Source: a virus
Strand: one strand, 5' to 3'
Length of the DNA: 64,000 nt
Virus record (IMG/VR): IMGVR_UViG_3300021170_000016
Span: 2,320 to 66,319 of that record
The notes under the pieces are model-generated. The model was not told the DNA's origin, ran no database searches, and saw only the letters and a program-made list of their open reading frames with translations. The position numbers and the translations under genes are program-made. Shown here in pieces: positions 47,450 through 57,807 of the stretch (position 1 is its first letter; every line of letters begins with the position of its first letter).

Positions 47450-48675
47450 TGGCGAACCCGAAGAAGCCGGCCAAGCCGGTCAAACCTCAGAACGATAGCG
47501 TCGAGTTCCGGAAGTTCGTCGGGCTTAAGAACGTTGTCGAGCGCGAGCGTCTCGGGCCCGACGAGCTGGAGCTGGCGATCAACGTTGACCTGGACGATGT
47601 CGGTCAGCTACGTCGCCGCCAGGGCAGCCGGCGTGTTGCGACCGGCAAATGGTCCAACCTCATGACCGCGCTCAACGGACGTATCTACGCGGTGAACAAC
47701 GGCTCGCTCGGGCGCATCTACCCGAACTTCTCATTCGCTGCGCTCGCTCTCGGGTTCAACCAGACCGACATACTCGCGAACGTTCAGGTCGCCGACAACA
47801 TCTACTTTTCGTCGCCGTCGCAGTCTGGCATCATCAACACCGCGCAGGATACAGTCGGGCCGTGGAAGGGACCTTCGCTCCCGCCGCCGACGATCGCCGA
47901 TCCACTCGATCCGAACGCCGCGCCTGCGCCAGCGCTGCCGGCCGGCAAGTGGTGGTATTCGCCCGTCGTCAATCCGCGCGCGACGCTGCCGCCCATCGGT
48001 GGCAAGATTTTGGGGACGCCGCCGCAGGCCGAGTTCCTCGCCTACTTCCACGGTCGCATCTATCTTGCGCAGGGTCGGACGCTCTGGCACACCGAACTCT
48101 ACAACTACAACTACGTGAACTCGACGAAGGGCTTCTACCAGTTCGAGGGCGACATCACGATGGTCGGGTCCGTCACCGACGGTATCTATGTTGGCACCAC
48201 CGAGGGGTTGTGGTTCATGTCCCTCGCGTCGCGGATCGAGGGGCACCCAGCCGGCGCGTTCAAGCGCGTGCGCGTGATGGACAGCGGAGTGATCCCCGGA
48301 TCGATGGTCTATATCCCCGGCGAGCTTGCGAACCCCGCTCAGGTGGGTCTCAACGAGGACACCCCACTAAAGGTGTCGATCATGTTCATGACGACGGCCG
48401 GCTACTGCGTCGGCCAGGACGGCGGGCAGGCGGTCAACTTCAGCGAAGACAAGTTCATCTTCCCAGACTCGGCGAGCGCGAGCGCCATGTATCGGTTCCA
48501 GCAGGGCATCCACCAATACGTGACCGTGCTCAACAGCGCCGGATCGCCAATGACCAGCACCCGGATTGGCGACTATGTGGACGCCACCCTCCGGAAGGCC
48601 GGCACTTGGCAAGAGAGCAGTGATGGTATAAAGATCACAGAGACCTTGGTTGCGACCTATATCCCGCACCATTGA
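47449..48675 (+). CDS. tail tubular/nozzle-like protein
   Basis: FVGLKN...INVDLDDVGQLRRRQG, GRIYLA beta-propeller pattern. Confidence 0.65.
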   Translation: MANPKKPAKPVKPQNDSVEFRKFVGLKNVVERERLGPDELELAINVDLDDVGQLRRRQGSRRVATGKWSNLMTALNGRIYAVNNGSLGRIYPNFSFAALALGFNQTDILANVQVADNIYFSSPSQSGIINTAQDTVGPWKGPSLPPPTIADPLDPNAAPAPALPAGKWWYSPVVNPRATLPPIGGKILGTPPQAEFLAYFHGRIYLAQGRTLWHTELYNYNYVNSTKGFYQFEGDITMVGSVTDGIYVGTTEGLWFMSLASRIEGHPAGAFKRVRVMDSGVIPGSMVYIPGELANPAQVGLNEDTPLKVSIMFMTTAGYCVGQDGGQAVNFSEDKFIFPDSASASAMYRFQQGIHQYVTVLNSAGSPMTSTRIGDYVDATLRKAGTWQESSDGIKITETLVATYIPHH

Positions 48676-48686
48676 GGAGACTGACC

Positions 48687-49226
48687 ATGGAACTCGACAT
48701 CGCGCCCGCCCGCAAGGACACCGATCCGCTTCTCTCGCGGCTCAAGGGCCACGGCCACTATAAGTTCGAGTTGATCCGTGACGGCAAGAAGGTCGACGAG
48801 TGGGAGGTGGACAACCTCGCCGTCAACCAGGGTCTCAACGACATGCTCGCGGTCTACTTCCAGGGCGGGTCTCAGAAGACCTCCTGGTTCATGGGCCTCT
48901 TCCAGGGCAACTACGCTCCGGTCGCCACCGACACCGGCGCGAACTGGGCTGCCAACGCCACCGAGTGCTCGTCCTATTCGAGCCCGACGCGCCCGGCATG
49001 GACCCCCGCCGCGCCCGCGTCGCAGCAGATCACGAACGCCGCCAATCCCGCCTCATTCACCTTCAACGCGAACGTCACGATCTATGGCGCGGCGATCGTC
49101 TCGAACAATGTCGTCGGTGGCGTCGCCGGCACGCTCTTCTCCGAAGCGCAGTTCGCCTCGCCGAAGCCCGTCCAGAATGGCGACAACCTGCTCGTGACCT
49201 ACGGCTATACGATCGCCTCCGACTGA
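48687..49226 (+). CDS. virion tail protein
   Basis: NLAVNQGLN...ASFTFNA...LFSEAQF...GDNLLVTY. Confidence 0.7.
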   Translation: MELDIAPARKDTDPLLSRLKGHGHYKFELIRDGKKVDEWEVDNLAVNQGLNDMLAVYFQGGSQKTSWFMGLFQGNYAPVATDTGANWAANATECSSYSSPTRPAWTPAAPASQQITNAANPASFTFNANVTIYGAAIVSNNVVGGVAGTLFSEAQFASPKPVQNGDNLLVTYGYTIASD

Positions 49227-49238
49227 CGGAGGTAGGCC

Positions 49239-50348
49239 ATGACGACCTTCACCGATACCGAGAGCCAAAGTCTCGGTATCCACGACACCGTGTCGTTTGT
49301 CGCGCGTCCAGGCGCGGTCATCGCCGAGAACATCGATCTCAACGACACCACGCTGTTGAAATACCAGCCCGGTGCGGTCGTCGCTGAGAACATCGACATC
49401 CACGAGACGATCATCGCATCCGCGCGCTTCAAAGAGGTGCTCACGGAGATCATCAAGCTGCACCCAGCCGCCGCGCCGACGATTCTCGCCGCGATCCAGG
49501 AGAACCTCGACATCAATGATGTGACGGTGGTCACGCTCGCGGCGTTCCTCGCGGAGCGGCTCGGCATCCACGATGTGATGACCGGTATCTCGAACCTGAA
49601 GGTCACGATCTCTGAGCAGCTCGATATGCAGGCTCAGGTCGTGTGGTTCCTCGGAGGGTTCCTCTCCGACACCCTGATATTCACGGAGCAGCTCTCGCCG
49701 CTATGGCGCTACGCGCGCACGATCTCCGAGAACCTGGACATCAACGATACGGTCACGCCGAAGCTTGTGATGCGTATCACCCTCGCGGACAATGTCGACG
49801 TCACCGACCAGACCGCCCTGCAGGCTCTCTACAAAGCCTCGGTGATGGACAACATCACCATCTCGGTCGCGTTCGTCGATCCGGGCGGCGGCTTCACGAC
49901 GTGGGCGGTGAACACCCGCACCGGCGCGGTCACAGAGTATCAGGACTTTGTCTACAACAGCTTCGCCCAGATGGGGCATCACTTCCTCGGGGCGTCCGCC
50001 CAGGGTCTCTACGTTCTCGATGGAGCGCTTGATGATACCGCCTCGATCGTCGCTCGGGTCAAGAGCGGCTCCGCTCAGTTCAGCGGTTCCCACTTCACCG
50101 CATTCGACGCGATCTACCTCGGCCTCCGCGTTTCAGACACCGGGAGCGACTGGCTACTTAAGCTCCGCGCCGGTGATGGCCGAGAATACGTCTATGCGTT
50201 TCGACCCCTCAACCGCCGAACGACGAAAGTTTTTCTGGGGAAGGGGCTCCGCGCGCGCTACTTCTCGTGGGAGCTGATCACGGCCGGCGAGGAGTTCGAC
50301 CTGGACGCAATCGAGTTCGTGCCAATCGGATCGCACCGGAGGACGTGA
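49239..50348 (+). CDS. tail protein with about 20-aa repeats
   Basis: repeated E(N)LDI.D units; C-terminal TWAVN..GAVTEY..YNSFA...GKGLRARY domain. Confidence 0.7.
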   Translation: MTTFTDTESQSLGIHDTVSFVARPGAVIAENIDLNDTTLLKYQPGAVVAENIDIHETIIASARFKEVLTEIIKLHPAAAPTILAAIQENLDINDVTVVTLAAFLAERLGIHDVMTGISNLKVTISEQLDMQAQVVWFLGGFLSDTLIFTEQLSPLWRYARTISENLDINDTVTPKLVMRITLADNVDVTDQTALQALYKASVMDNITISVAFVDPGGGFTTWAVNTRTGAVTEYQDFVYNSFAQMGHHFLGASAQGLYVLDGALDDTASIVARVKSGSAQFSGSHFTAFDAIYLGLRVSDTGSDWLLKLRAGDGREYVYAFRPLNRRTTKVFLGKGLRARYFSWELITAGEEFDLDAIEFVPIGSHRRT

Positions 50349-51004
50349 TGTGGATTCTCTCGACGTTCAAGCGCCAGCCGCTCGCGCAGCGGTTCCTAGA
50401 TAGCCTGCAGGGAGCTGCGCCCGGCCGTGTCCTGGTCGACGGTGGCGATCCCTACGACGGTCTTCAGCTACCTCCAGGATGGACCTATGACTACTATCCA
50501 GACAACATCGGATACCTGCCGCGGTGCAATCAGGTCTTCTTCGAGAACCCAAACGAGCCATGGTATGGGATTGGTGGGGACGATATCGTCGTCCCTCCGC
50601 AGCCAGGATGGGACAAGCGGCTCATCGATGCGGCAGGGCCCCTCGGTTTTTCGAACTGCTCCGATTCGGGGTATAAAGACCACGAACCCTTCCCCACCGG
50701 AGTTCACATCTTCGGTGGTGATCTTGTCAGGGCAATGGGTTTTATCGCCGTTCCTGGTTGTCGTCATACATACGCGGACGATGCTTGGATGAACCTCTTC
50801 GCGGCGTTTCCCGGCCTGCGCGTGACGTGCAACGACATCCGCATCGAGCACCTCCACGTCAACCGCGGGCTCGCCGTCAACGACGAAGCGCACCAGAAAG
50901 CCTATGCGTTCGTGCGCCAGGACTACGAGGCGTGGGGCACGATCCGCGCGACCGGTGAGTGGGATCGCGCCATGGAGCGCGTCAGGATCGCGAGAGGCGG
51001 ATGA
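50348..51004 (+). CDS. GT-A fold glycosyltransferase-like protein
   Basis: VDGGD, CN, IGGDDIV, HTYADDAW, IEHLH. Confidence 0.65.
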   Translation: MWILSTFKRQPLAQRFLDSLQGAAPGRVLVDGGDPYDGLQLPPGWTYDYYPDNIGYLPRCNQVFFENPNEPWYGIGGDDIVVPPQPGWDKRLIDAAGPLGFSNCSDSGYKDHEPFPTGVHIFGGDLVRAMGFIAVPGCRHTYADDAWMNLFAAFPGLRVTCNDIRIEHLHVNRGLAVNDEAHQKAYAFVRQDYEAWGTIRATGEWDRAMERVRIARGG

Positions 51005-52980
51005 CCTTCAAGCCTCCCTGGTCCCTCCCGACGAGTGATGGTGTTGACGTCGGCGAGCCTGTCATGCAGCTCCCGCCGTCGATCCACTTCACGGTCGACG
51101 CGACGAAGGCGTTCCTCGATACGATGGGGCCCGCCATCACCTCGGTCGCTGATCAAATCGTCGACTTCTACAGCCCGAACATCACCCAGTTCGTGCAGCA
51201 GCAGCGGCGGCTGAACGCGATCAGTGGTATCGCGCAGGCGTCGAACCGGATGTCCCTCCCTGGTCTCGATCTGGAGCATGCCAAGAACCAAGGTATCGAG
51301 CACATCCGCATCAGAGTGCAGCCGGAGAGCGCGCCGCCGCAGTCGTTCCAGATCACGGTGGACGTCAATCTCGACGGCTACGTGGCGTGGGTTCACAACT
51401 GGTCGAAGTTCCAGGCCCCCCAGGTGGACAACCAAGCGATCGACTTCGTCGTCAACGGCTACGGTGTCCTGACGAACTACACGCCAGACGACGATCTCTT
51501 CGTGACGAACAACCCTCCGGAGTTTGGTGCGGCGCTGACGCAGGCCACCGTCATCGTCATCGCTGCGTTCGGGAATACCGCGCTCCGGTGTCAGTCGCTG
51601 CAGGATGACGCGAAGGGCTTCAACCCCTTCACGAAGACGCAGGGCAGCGGTGGCGCTGCACCGACGTGCGTGCCGGCGCGCAAGGACGTCCCCGCGAGCG
51701 GCCCGGTGCCGTCGCATAAGGACCTCCTCGGATACTTCATCTTCAACTGGGGCGACCGGCTCAACCCCGACACGTGGTCCTATAACGGCCGTCAGAGCGG
51801 CGGGTCCAATCAGACGTTCGACATGAACTTCCCGAAGGAGTTCGTGATCAAGATCATCGAGTTCAAGAGTCCGCAGAACAGCCCGCTGAAACCGACCAGC
51901 TCGAACGTCATGTGGTCGCAGACCCACAACTTCCCGCCGCTGAGCCAGCTCGGCCAGAACGGCGTCGATTTCACCTGTGCAGAGTTTTACAATCGTGCGG
52001 TGTTGCGATCGGTGCAGCGGTCGTGGAAGCTGCAGACGACGACGCCTGCGGACATCCTCCTCGCCAACGACAAGCCGCTCTACTTCGCGAACGACGGCGG
52101 CGATCCGTTCAGCGATCTCGCGGCTGGACGCTACTTCGCGATGTCGTTTGATCTATCCACGCAGAAGTCGCCCGCGGACGCAGCGACCTTCGGCAACGCG
52201 AACACGCCGACGCCTCCAGCCATCCCCATCACCGCCGCGATGCTGTCTGTCCAGCAGGCGAACCAAGCCGCGGCGATTGCCCATGGCGCGGCATACACCG
52301 CAGCCTATAATACCCTCCAAGCAGCCTACTCCGCGCTCGCGCTTGCGAACTCTCCGATCATGGACTTCGCGCAGCTGACCGGCGTTGGGTTCGCCTACAC
52401 GTATGTGCGCGATCCGACGCCCGCGCATCTCTCCGCGCTGCAGACGGCATTCCCGACGCTGTGGCCGGACCTCATCACCTACGCTCAGGCTTCAATCGCT
52501 TTTCAAAACAACCCCAGCACAGCGAACGCTGCTGCGCTCGCTGCTGCTCAATCCGCGAGTCCTGGTGTGGAGGCTGTTACTTTTGGTGACGCTCTTGGTG
52601 TGATCGCGAACAGCGACGCATATAACTACTCGATCGCGTATCAGGTGAATTACGACAAGGCGATTGCACAGGGACAAACTATCGCTCAAGCGCAAGCCGC
52701 TGGAGCCGCGGCGACCGCACAGGGGCAGACCGCCTTCATCGCGTCGGAGACCGCCTTCATCCAATATGCGACCGACAATGGACTGACATCCCAGGCCGCC
52801 GCGGCGACGACCGCAATGAATAATGTGCCCCCGGCCCAAAGCGCCTACATTACTGCGTTGATCGCCTTCAACCCTCAGCACATGATCGCCAACAACTACC
52901 AGGGGATCAGCCAGTTCAACTACCGGATCATCACGGTGACGAAGGGGGTTTACTCGATCGGCCCCTGGTCCCAGGGCTAA
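51001..52980 (+). CDS. hypothetical virion protein
   Basis: 659 aa, ATGA coupling. Confidence 0.75.
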   Translation: MTFKPPWSLPTSDGVDVGEPVMQLPPSIHFTVDATKAFLDTMGPAITSVADQIVDFYSPNITQFVQQQRRLNAISGIAQASNRMSLPGLDLEHAKNQGIEHIRIRVQPESAPPQSFQITVDVNLDGYVAWVHNWSKFQAPQVDNQAIDFVVNGYGVLTNYTPDDDLFVTNNPPEFGAALTQATVIVIAAFGNTALRCQSLQDDAKGFNPFTKTQGSGGAAPTCVPARKDVPASGPVPSHKDLLGYFIFNWGDRLNPDTWSYNGRQSGGSNQTFDMNFPKEFVIKIIEFKSPQNSPLKPTSSNVMWSQTHNFPPLSQLGQNGVDFTCAEFYNRAVLRSVQRSWKLQTTTPADILLANDKPLYFANDGGDPFSDLAAGRYFAMSFDLSTQKSPADAATFGNANTPTPPAIPITAAMLSVQQANQAAAIAHGAAYTAAYNTLQAAYSALALANSPIMDFAQLTGVGFAYTYVRDPTPAHLSALQTAFPTLWPDLITYAQASIAFQNNPSTANAAALAAAQSASPGVEAVTFGDALGVIANSDAYNYSIAYQVNYDKAIAQGQTIAQAQAAGAAATAQGQTAFIASETAFIQYATDNGLTSQAAAATTAMNNVPPAQSAYITALIAFNPQHMIANNYQGISQFNYRIITVTKGVYSIGPWSQG

Positions 52981-53038
52981 GGTTGCTGCGCAGCGCATAT
53001 TGCGCTAAAAGGGTCGCTTGCTGATCGTGAGCTGACCA

Positions 53039-54925
53039 ATGGCCATCATTCCCTCCTTTGTGCTGCCGCCGACGGCCGATGCGCGATTCGCCCAGGGCCC
53101 CCAGGTCTGGGGCGATCCGAACTCCATGTTCAACACGGCCCAGCAGCTGCTGAAGATCAGCGAAGCCTACATCGCCGCGCTCGAAACGCAGGCTGGCCAG
53201 CTTGCCGCGCCGACGATCAACCCGAGCTTCCCCGTCATCGCCGCCGCGCCGACGCCCGCCACCGCTCAGCAGCCGGCGCTGATCGACGTGACGTGGAACA
53301 TCCCGACGCAGCCCGCGCCGTTCAATGGGACGATCAGCCCCGCGCCCCTGCCGGGCCCGTTCAATATCCCGCCGCCCACTCTGATCTTCCCCGCCGCGCC
53401 TGCGCCGTTCAATGGCGCGCTGCCGGCCGCGCCCGGTCTCGATCTGAACTTCACCTACCCGTCGCCGAGCATCAACCTGCCCTCCGCGCCGCAGCTGTTC
53501 TCGCTCGACAACGTGGACTTCTCGCCGTTCAACATCCCTGCGTTCAACGTGACGGTGCCACAGCTGAACATCGCGGTGCCGAACGTCATCCCATATCAGG
53601 AGGGTGCGCTATTCACGTCGTCGCTGCTGACGACGCTCGAAGCGAACCTGCAGGACGCGCTCGACAACGGGAGCTGGACCGGCCTGCCGCCGAACATCGA
53701 GACGAGCCTTTTCGATCGCGCACGTGAACGCGAATACAAGGCGCAGGCAGACGCCAAGGCGGACCTCGATCGCATGGAGACGATGGGCTGGGCGCTCCCG
53801 CCCGGCGTGTGGATCGACGCCCATATCAAGCTCATGACCGAGACGCACTACACACTCGCCGGCCTCAGCCGCGAGATCATGGTCAAGCAGGCCGAGCTGG
53901 TGCTGGAGAACACCGTCAAGGCCCGCTCCGAGGCGACCGCGCTGGAGAGCAAGCTGATCGACTACGCGAACCAAGTCGCGCAGCGCGCCTTCGAGGCCAC
54001 GAAGTATGCGACCGAGGCGAGCATCGCGCTCTACAACGGCGCGGTGCGGTCCTACGAGGTGTCCCTCAAGGGCTACGAGACTCAGGCCCTGGTCTACGAC
54101 ACGCAGATCAAAGGTATCTTGGCCAACGTCGAGGTGCTCAAGGCCCACATCGAGTTCGAGAAGGTCAAGACCGACATCAACACCGCGCTCATCGCCCAAT
54201 ACAAGGCGTCGATCGAGGCGCAGACGCTGGTGCTCGAAGTCGCCAAGACGCAGCTGCAGATCATCGAGACGCAGGCGAACGTGCAGAAGCTCAAGGTCGA
54301 AATCTTCGGCGAGCAGATCAAGGCGTTCGTCGGCGAGGTCAACGCGTATCAGGCACAGATCGACGCATACAAGGCGCTGGTCTCAACTCAGGGTGTGATC
54401 GAGGATGTCTACAAGACTCAGGTGGAAGCTTACGCTGCTACAGTCAATGCTGGAGTGGCGGAGGTCAACGCCAATGTGGCGGTGTTCCGCGGGCAGGTTG
54501 AAGCTTATCAAGCGCAACTTGCGGGTTTCAAAGCCGCCGTTGAATCTATGGTGGGACAAGCCACAGCGGCTTCACAATTCAACACGGCCGAGGCCGAGGT
54601 ATATCGTGCTGCCGTCGCTGCCATTTCATCCTACAACGATACGCTGACGAAGCAGTGGGAAGCCGTCATCAACGAGCAGGAGAAGATCGCCGAGATCGCG
54701 GTCCAGGCGGCCAAGGCCAACGGCGATCTCTACATCGCTGCGCGCGGTCTTTCGCTTGACGCGAGCAAGGTTGGGGCGCAAGTGTCGGCGCAGCTCGGCG
54801 CGGCGGCGCTCGGTGCGATCCACTGGGCGAACAACTCGTCCTGGGCGATCGGCATCAACGAGAACCTCAACTCGTCGCAGTCCACTTCGACGACGACGAA
54901 CACGAACACGAACATCAGCGTCTAA
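53039..54925 (+). CDS. internal virion protein (Pro-rich N-terminus, coiled-coil C-terminus)
   Basis: GWALPPG, periodic Y..QV.AY repeats. Confidence 0.8.
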   Translation: MAIIPSFVLPPTADARFAQGPQVWGDPNSMFNTAQQLLKISEAYIAALETQAGQLAAPTINPSFPVIAAAPTPATAQQPALIDVTWNIPTQPAPFNGTISPAPLPGPFNIPPPTLIFPAAPAPFNGALPAAPGLDLNFTYPSPSINLPSAPQLFSLDNVDFSPFNIPAFNVTVPQLNIAVPNVIPYQEGALFTSSLLTTLEANLQDALDNGSWTGLPPNIETSLFDRAREREYKAQADAKADLDRMETMGWALPPGVWIDAHIKLMTETHYTLAGLSREIMVKQAELVLENTVKARSEATALESKLIDYANQVAQRAFEATKYATEASIALYNGAVRSYEVSLKGYETQALVYDTQIKGILANVEVLKAHIEFEKVKTDINTALIAQYKASIEAQTLVLEVAKTQLQIIETQANVQKLKVEIFGEQIKAFVGEVNAYQAQIDAYKALVSTQGVIEDVYKTQVEAYAATVNAGVAEVNANVAVFRGQVEAYQAQLAGFKAAVESMVGQATAASQFNTAEAEVYRAAVAAISSYNDTLTKQWEAVINEQEKIAEIAVQAAKANGDLYIAARGLSLDASKVGAQVSAQLGAAALGAIHWANNSSWAIGINENLNSSQSTSTTTNTNTNISV

Positions 54926-54935
54926 GGAGCCGGTC

Positions 54936-56150
54936 ATGGCTATCAACGTCGGCGAATATCTCGGTCAGAAGTATGACATCCTCCGTCAGCAGGCGACCGA
55001 CGAGGGGCAGCTCAAGCGCGCCCAGGCTTCGCTCGTGTCGTCCCAGGCGGCTACCAACCCTGCCGAGGCCGCTGCGCGGGAGGCCGCGGGTTATGGTGCG
55101 GCTGCGCAGAGTCAGGGTGCGGGCGCATATTCGCGGGCTCTCGCGGCGGCCGAGCCGGGCCTTGCATCCAGCGAGATCGGGCTGCGTGGCGCTCAGACCG
55201 AAGAGGGGCAGGCCACTGCTGGCCTCACGCGCACGCAGAACCAAAACATCGGCTCGCAGGTGCCGCAGTATCTCCTCGATCTGTTCGGCAAGCGGTCGAG
55301 CGGCAGCGGGATCGACCTACCCACGCTCAACAACTTCTCGAAAGGAACCGACAACGTGAAAGGTCCTGCTCCCAAGGCCGGTGCGAAGACCACCGACACG
55401 ACGCCTGCCATGCTGACGCCCGGCGAGGCTGTCCTCAACAAGGCCGCGACCGAGCACCTCGGGCGTGACACGATCGACGTGCTCAACGCGATCGGCAACA
55501 TCAAGCTCGGCCAGACCGACGTGGCGCAGCAGCCCGCGGGCCCGCCGACGCACGCCGACATCCACGGCGCTGGTGGCATCCCCGGCTACGCGCAGGGCAG
55601 CTCCAGCACCGGCCAGATCGATCCGATCGCCGGCCAGGGCGGCACGTGGGGACCGAGCGGCGACACCCCCGCCCCTTCGGGCAACACTGGTCTCCGATCG
55701 TCCCTGGGTCTTGGCGTGCCCCGTCCGGCCCCCGCCCCGAAGCCGATCGGCTACGAGAGTGGCACGTCCATGGTGCCCGGCTATAGCGATGGGACGAGCG
55801 ACGTCGGCGATGGCTCGGGTGGGAACCAGAACTACCACAACGACACCATCATGAAGGCGCGCGGCCAGTCCAGCTCACCGTCGATGGGCGACCAGAACGT
55901 CCGCGAGGGCGACACCACCTCTTCGCCCAAGACGCAGACGGGTGGGGCCACCGGCTACGCCAAGGGCACGTCCAAGGTCCCCGCAAAGGGCGGCGGCAAG
56001 CCCGCGGCGAAGGGTGGCAAGGGCATTACCCCCGAGCTGATCCAGGCCATCATGAGCCTCGGCAAGGGCGGCGGTGGTCTGATCCCTCCCGGCCAGGGCG
56101 CACCGATGCCGATGCCTATGCCCCAGGTCGCGCCGGGACCGCAGCAGTGA
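54936..56150 (+). CDS. internal virion/ejection protein
   Basis: AAGGAG RBS; DTTPAMLTPGEAVLN motif; repeated GYxxG. Confidence 0.75.
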   Translation: MAINVGEYLGQKYDILRQQATDEGQLKRAQASLVSSQAATNPAEAAAREAAGYGAAAQSQGAGAYSRALAAAEPGLASSEIGLRGAQTEEGQATAGLTRTQNQNIGSQVPQYLLDLFGKRSSGSGIDLPTLNNFSKGTDNVKGPAPKAGAKTTDTTPAMLTPGEAVLNKAATEHLGRDTIDVLNAIGNIKLGQTDVAQQPAGPPTHADIHGAGGIPGYAQGSSSTGQIDPIAGQGGTWGPSGDTPAPSGNTGLRSSLGLGVPRPAPAPKPIGYESGTSMVPGYSDGTSDVGDGSGGNQNYHNDTIMKARGQSSSPSMGDQNVREGDTTSSPKTQTGGATGYAKGTSKVPAKGGGKPAAKGGKGITPELIQAIMSLGKGGGGLIPPGQGAPMPMPMPQVAPGPQQ

Positions 56151-56368
56151 TCTCGTGGATCAAAGCCCACCTCGTCGATGATGTGAAGAGCGCGCACTGG
56201 TTCTGGACAGTGCAGCTTGCGATCTTCTGGAGCGGGTTCTCCGGCCTCATGCTTGTGTGGCCCGCTCTCGTCGCGTATATCCCGCTCCCGATGTTCTTCG
56301 TGCTGTCGATCGTCTTCAGCATCGCGCTCGGACTCGCGCGGCTCTTCAAACAACCGGGGCTCCAATGA
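56147..56368 (+). CDS. holin-like membrane protein
   Basis: two TM segments directly before endolysin, ARLFKQP end. Confidence 0.7.
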   Translation: MISWIKAHLVDDVKSAHWFWTVQLAIFWSGFSGLMLVWPALVAYIPLPMFFVLSIVFSIALGLARLFKQPGLQ

Positions 56369-56838
56369 ACCGACTTCAGAAGGCGGGCGCGGCCAGTGCG
56401 ATTGCGACGATGGCCACCGGTGTGGTCGGCGGCTTCGAGGGCCTCCGACAGATCGCCTATCCCGATCCTGCCACGCGCGGCTATCCGTGGACGATCTGCT
56501 ACGGTCATACCGGCCGCGACGTCAGCCCCGGCGAGCACGCTGCGCTCGGCGAGTGCAAGCGGCTGCTGCTGAAGGACCTCAACACCACCGCCAACGGCCT
56601 TGAGAACTGCGTCCATGTGCCGCTGCCGGACACGCGCTATGTCGCGCTGCTGTCGCTCGGCTACAACATCGGTGTCGGCGGTCTCTGCCGATCGAGCATC
56701 GTGCGCGATCTCAACGCTGGTCGCACAGCACAGGCATGCGCGCGCTTCCCGAGCTATAATCGTGCGGCCGGCATCGTCTTCCCCGGCCTCACGCGTCGTC
56801 GTCTGAAGGAAGAGGAACTGTGTGAGGAGGGTTTGTGA
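56365..56838 (+). CDS. GH24 lysozyme endolysin (SAR-like N-terminus)
   Basis: FEG...YPD...WTICYGHT, YNIG, GLTRRR..E. Confidence 0.92.
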   Translation: MNRLQKAGAASAIATMATGVVGGFEGLRQIAYPDPATRGYPWTICYGHTGRDVSPGEHAALGECKRLLLKDLNTTANGLENCVHVPLPDTRYVALLSLGYNIGVGGLCRSSIVRDLNAGRTAQACARFPSYNRAAGIVFPGLTRRRLKEEELCEEGL

Positions 56839-57077
56839 TGGTGTTCACTCTGGAGACGAAGCTCATCGCGATGGGCGTCTCGCTGTTCGTTCTGGTCGCC
56901 GGCTACTTCGTGTGGCAGACACACGAGCGCAACATCGGCTACAATCACGCTGTCGCCGACATTCAGGCGGCCAACGCCAAAGCAGGTCAGCTCGCGACGC
57001 AGGGTCAGCTGAGCGTCGAAGACTGCTTTACGGCGGGCGGCACATGGGATAGGGATAACGGCACCTGCTCACATTGA
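56835..57077 (+). CDS. i-spanin-like membrane protein
   Basis: N-terminal TM, helical, C-terminal Cys pair. Confidence 0.55.
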   Translation: MMVFTLETKLIAMGVSLFVLVAGYFVWQTHERNIGYNHAVADIQAANAKAGQLATQGQLSVEDCFTAGGTWDRDNGTCSH

Positions 57078-57089
57078 AAGGTTGTCGTT

Positions 57090-57383
57090 ATGGACCCCAT
57101 CACCCTCATCATCGGCGCGGTGCTCGGTGGCGCTGGCGCTGGCCCGCTCGGCGTGATTGCCGGAATGGCCTCGGCCTCGATCTACGGCTTCGGCCTGCGC
57201 AAACTGAAGGCGCTCGTCATGCCGGCGATGACCAAGGCCAAGGCTGAGGTGATCGCGATCGACAAAGGCATCGCCGCCAAGCTCACGGCGCTCGAAACCG
57301 ATCTCCACCTTCGCTCCGCGACTTCAGCGCCGGTGATCGCCGATCTGCCGCCCGCCACCCCGCCCGCGCCTCCGGTCGCGTAA
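57090..57383 (+). CDS. membrane protein
   Basis: Gly-rich hydrophobic N-terminus. Confidence 0.65.
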   Translation: MDPITLIIGAVLGGAGAGPLGVIAGMASASIYGFGLRKLKALVMPAMTKAKAEVIAIDKGIAAKLTALETDLHLRSATSAPVIADLPPATPPAPPVA

Positions 57384-57393
57384 GGAGGTCGCC

Positions 57394-57804
57394 TTGAAGC
57401 ATCTCTATCTTCTCCTCTGGATTCCAATCGGACTCGCGGGCTGTGCGAACCGCCCCGAGCCGGTCGACCATCCCTGCGGCGTCATCACCGACAGCCTGCA
57501 GAACGTCAACGCCACCTCGCGGGTCGGCCAGGAGCGCCTGGACGTCCACTTCGAGCGCGGTGAGCGCGCCGGCTGCTGGAAGCGCGTAGGGCACCTGCCT
57601 GTGCTGGCCGACGCTCCCAAGGCTCATCCACACGTCCGGAAGCCGAAGGCCCATCCAGCGCCCGTCTCTGTGAAGCCTGAGCCGGTTCCAGCCCCGATCG
57701 TCGAGCCTGCGCCGACGCCGGCACCCGAGCCGGCCCCTCCGCCACTTGACGAGACCTTTATGGGTAAAGTCAGGGCGCACCTGAACTCCGGCGTCAAGTG
57801 GTGA
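57394..57804 (+). CDS. lipoprotein (o-spanin-like, Pro-rich)
   Basis: AGGAGG RBS, LAGC lipobox. Confidence 0.65.
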   Translation: MKHLYLLLWIPIGLAGCANRPEPVDHPCGVITDSLQNVNATSRVGQERLDVHFERGERAGCWKRVGHLPVLADAPKAHPHVRKPKAHPAPVSVKPEPVPAPIVEPAPTPAPEPAPPPLDETFMGKVRAHLNSGVKW

Positions 57805-57807
57805 TGC

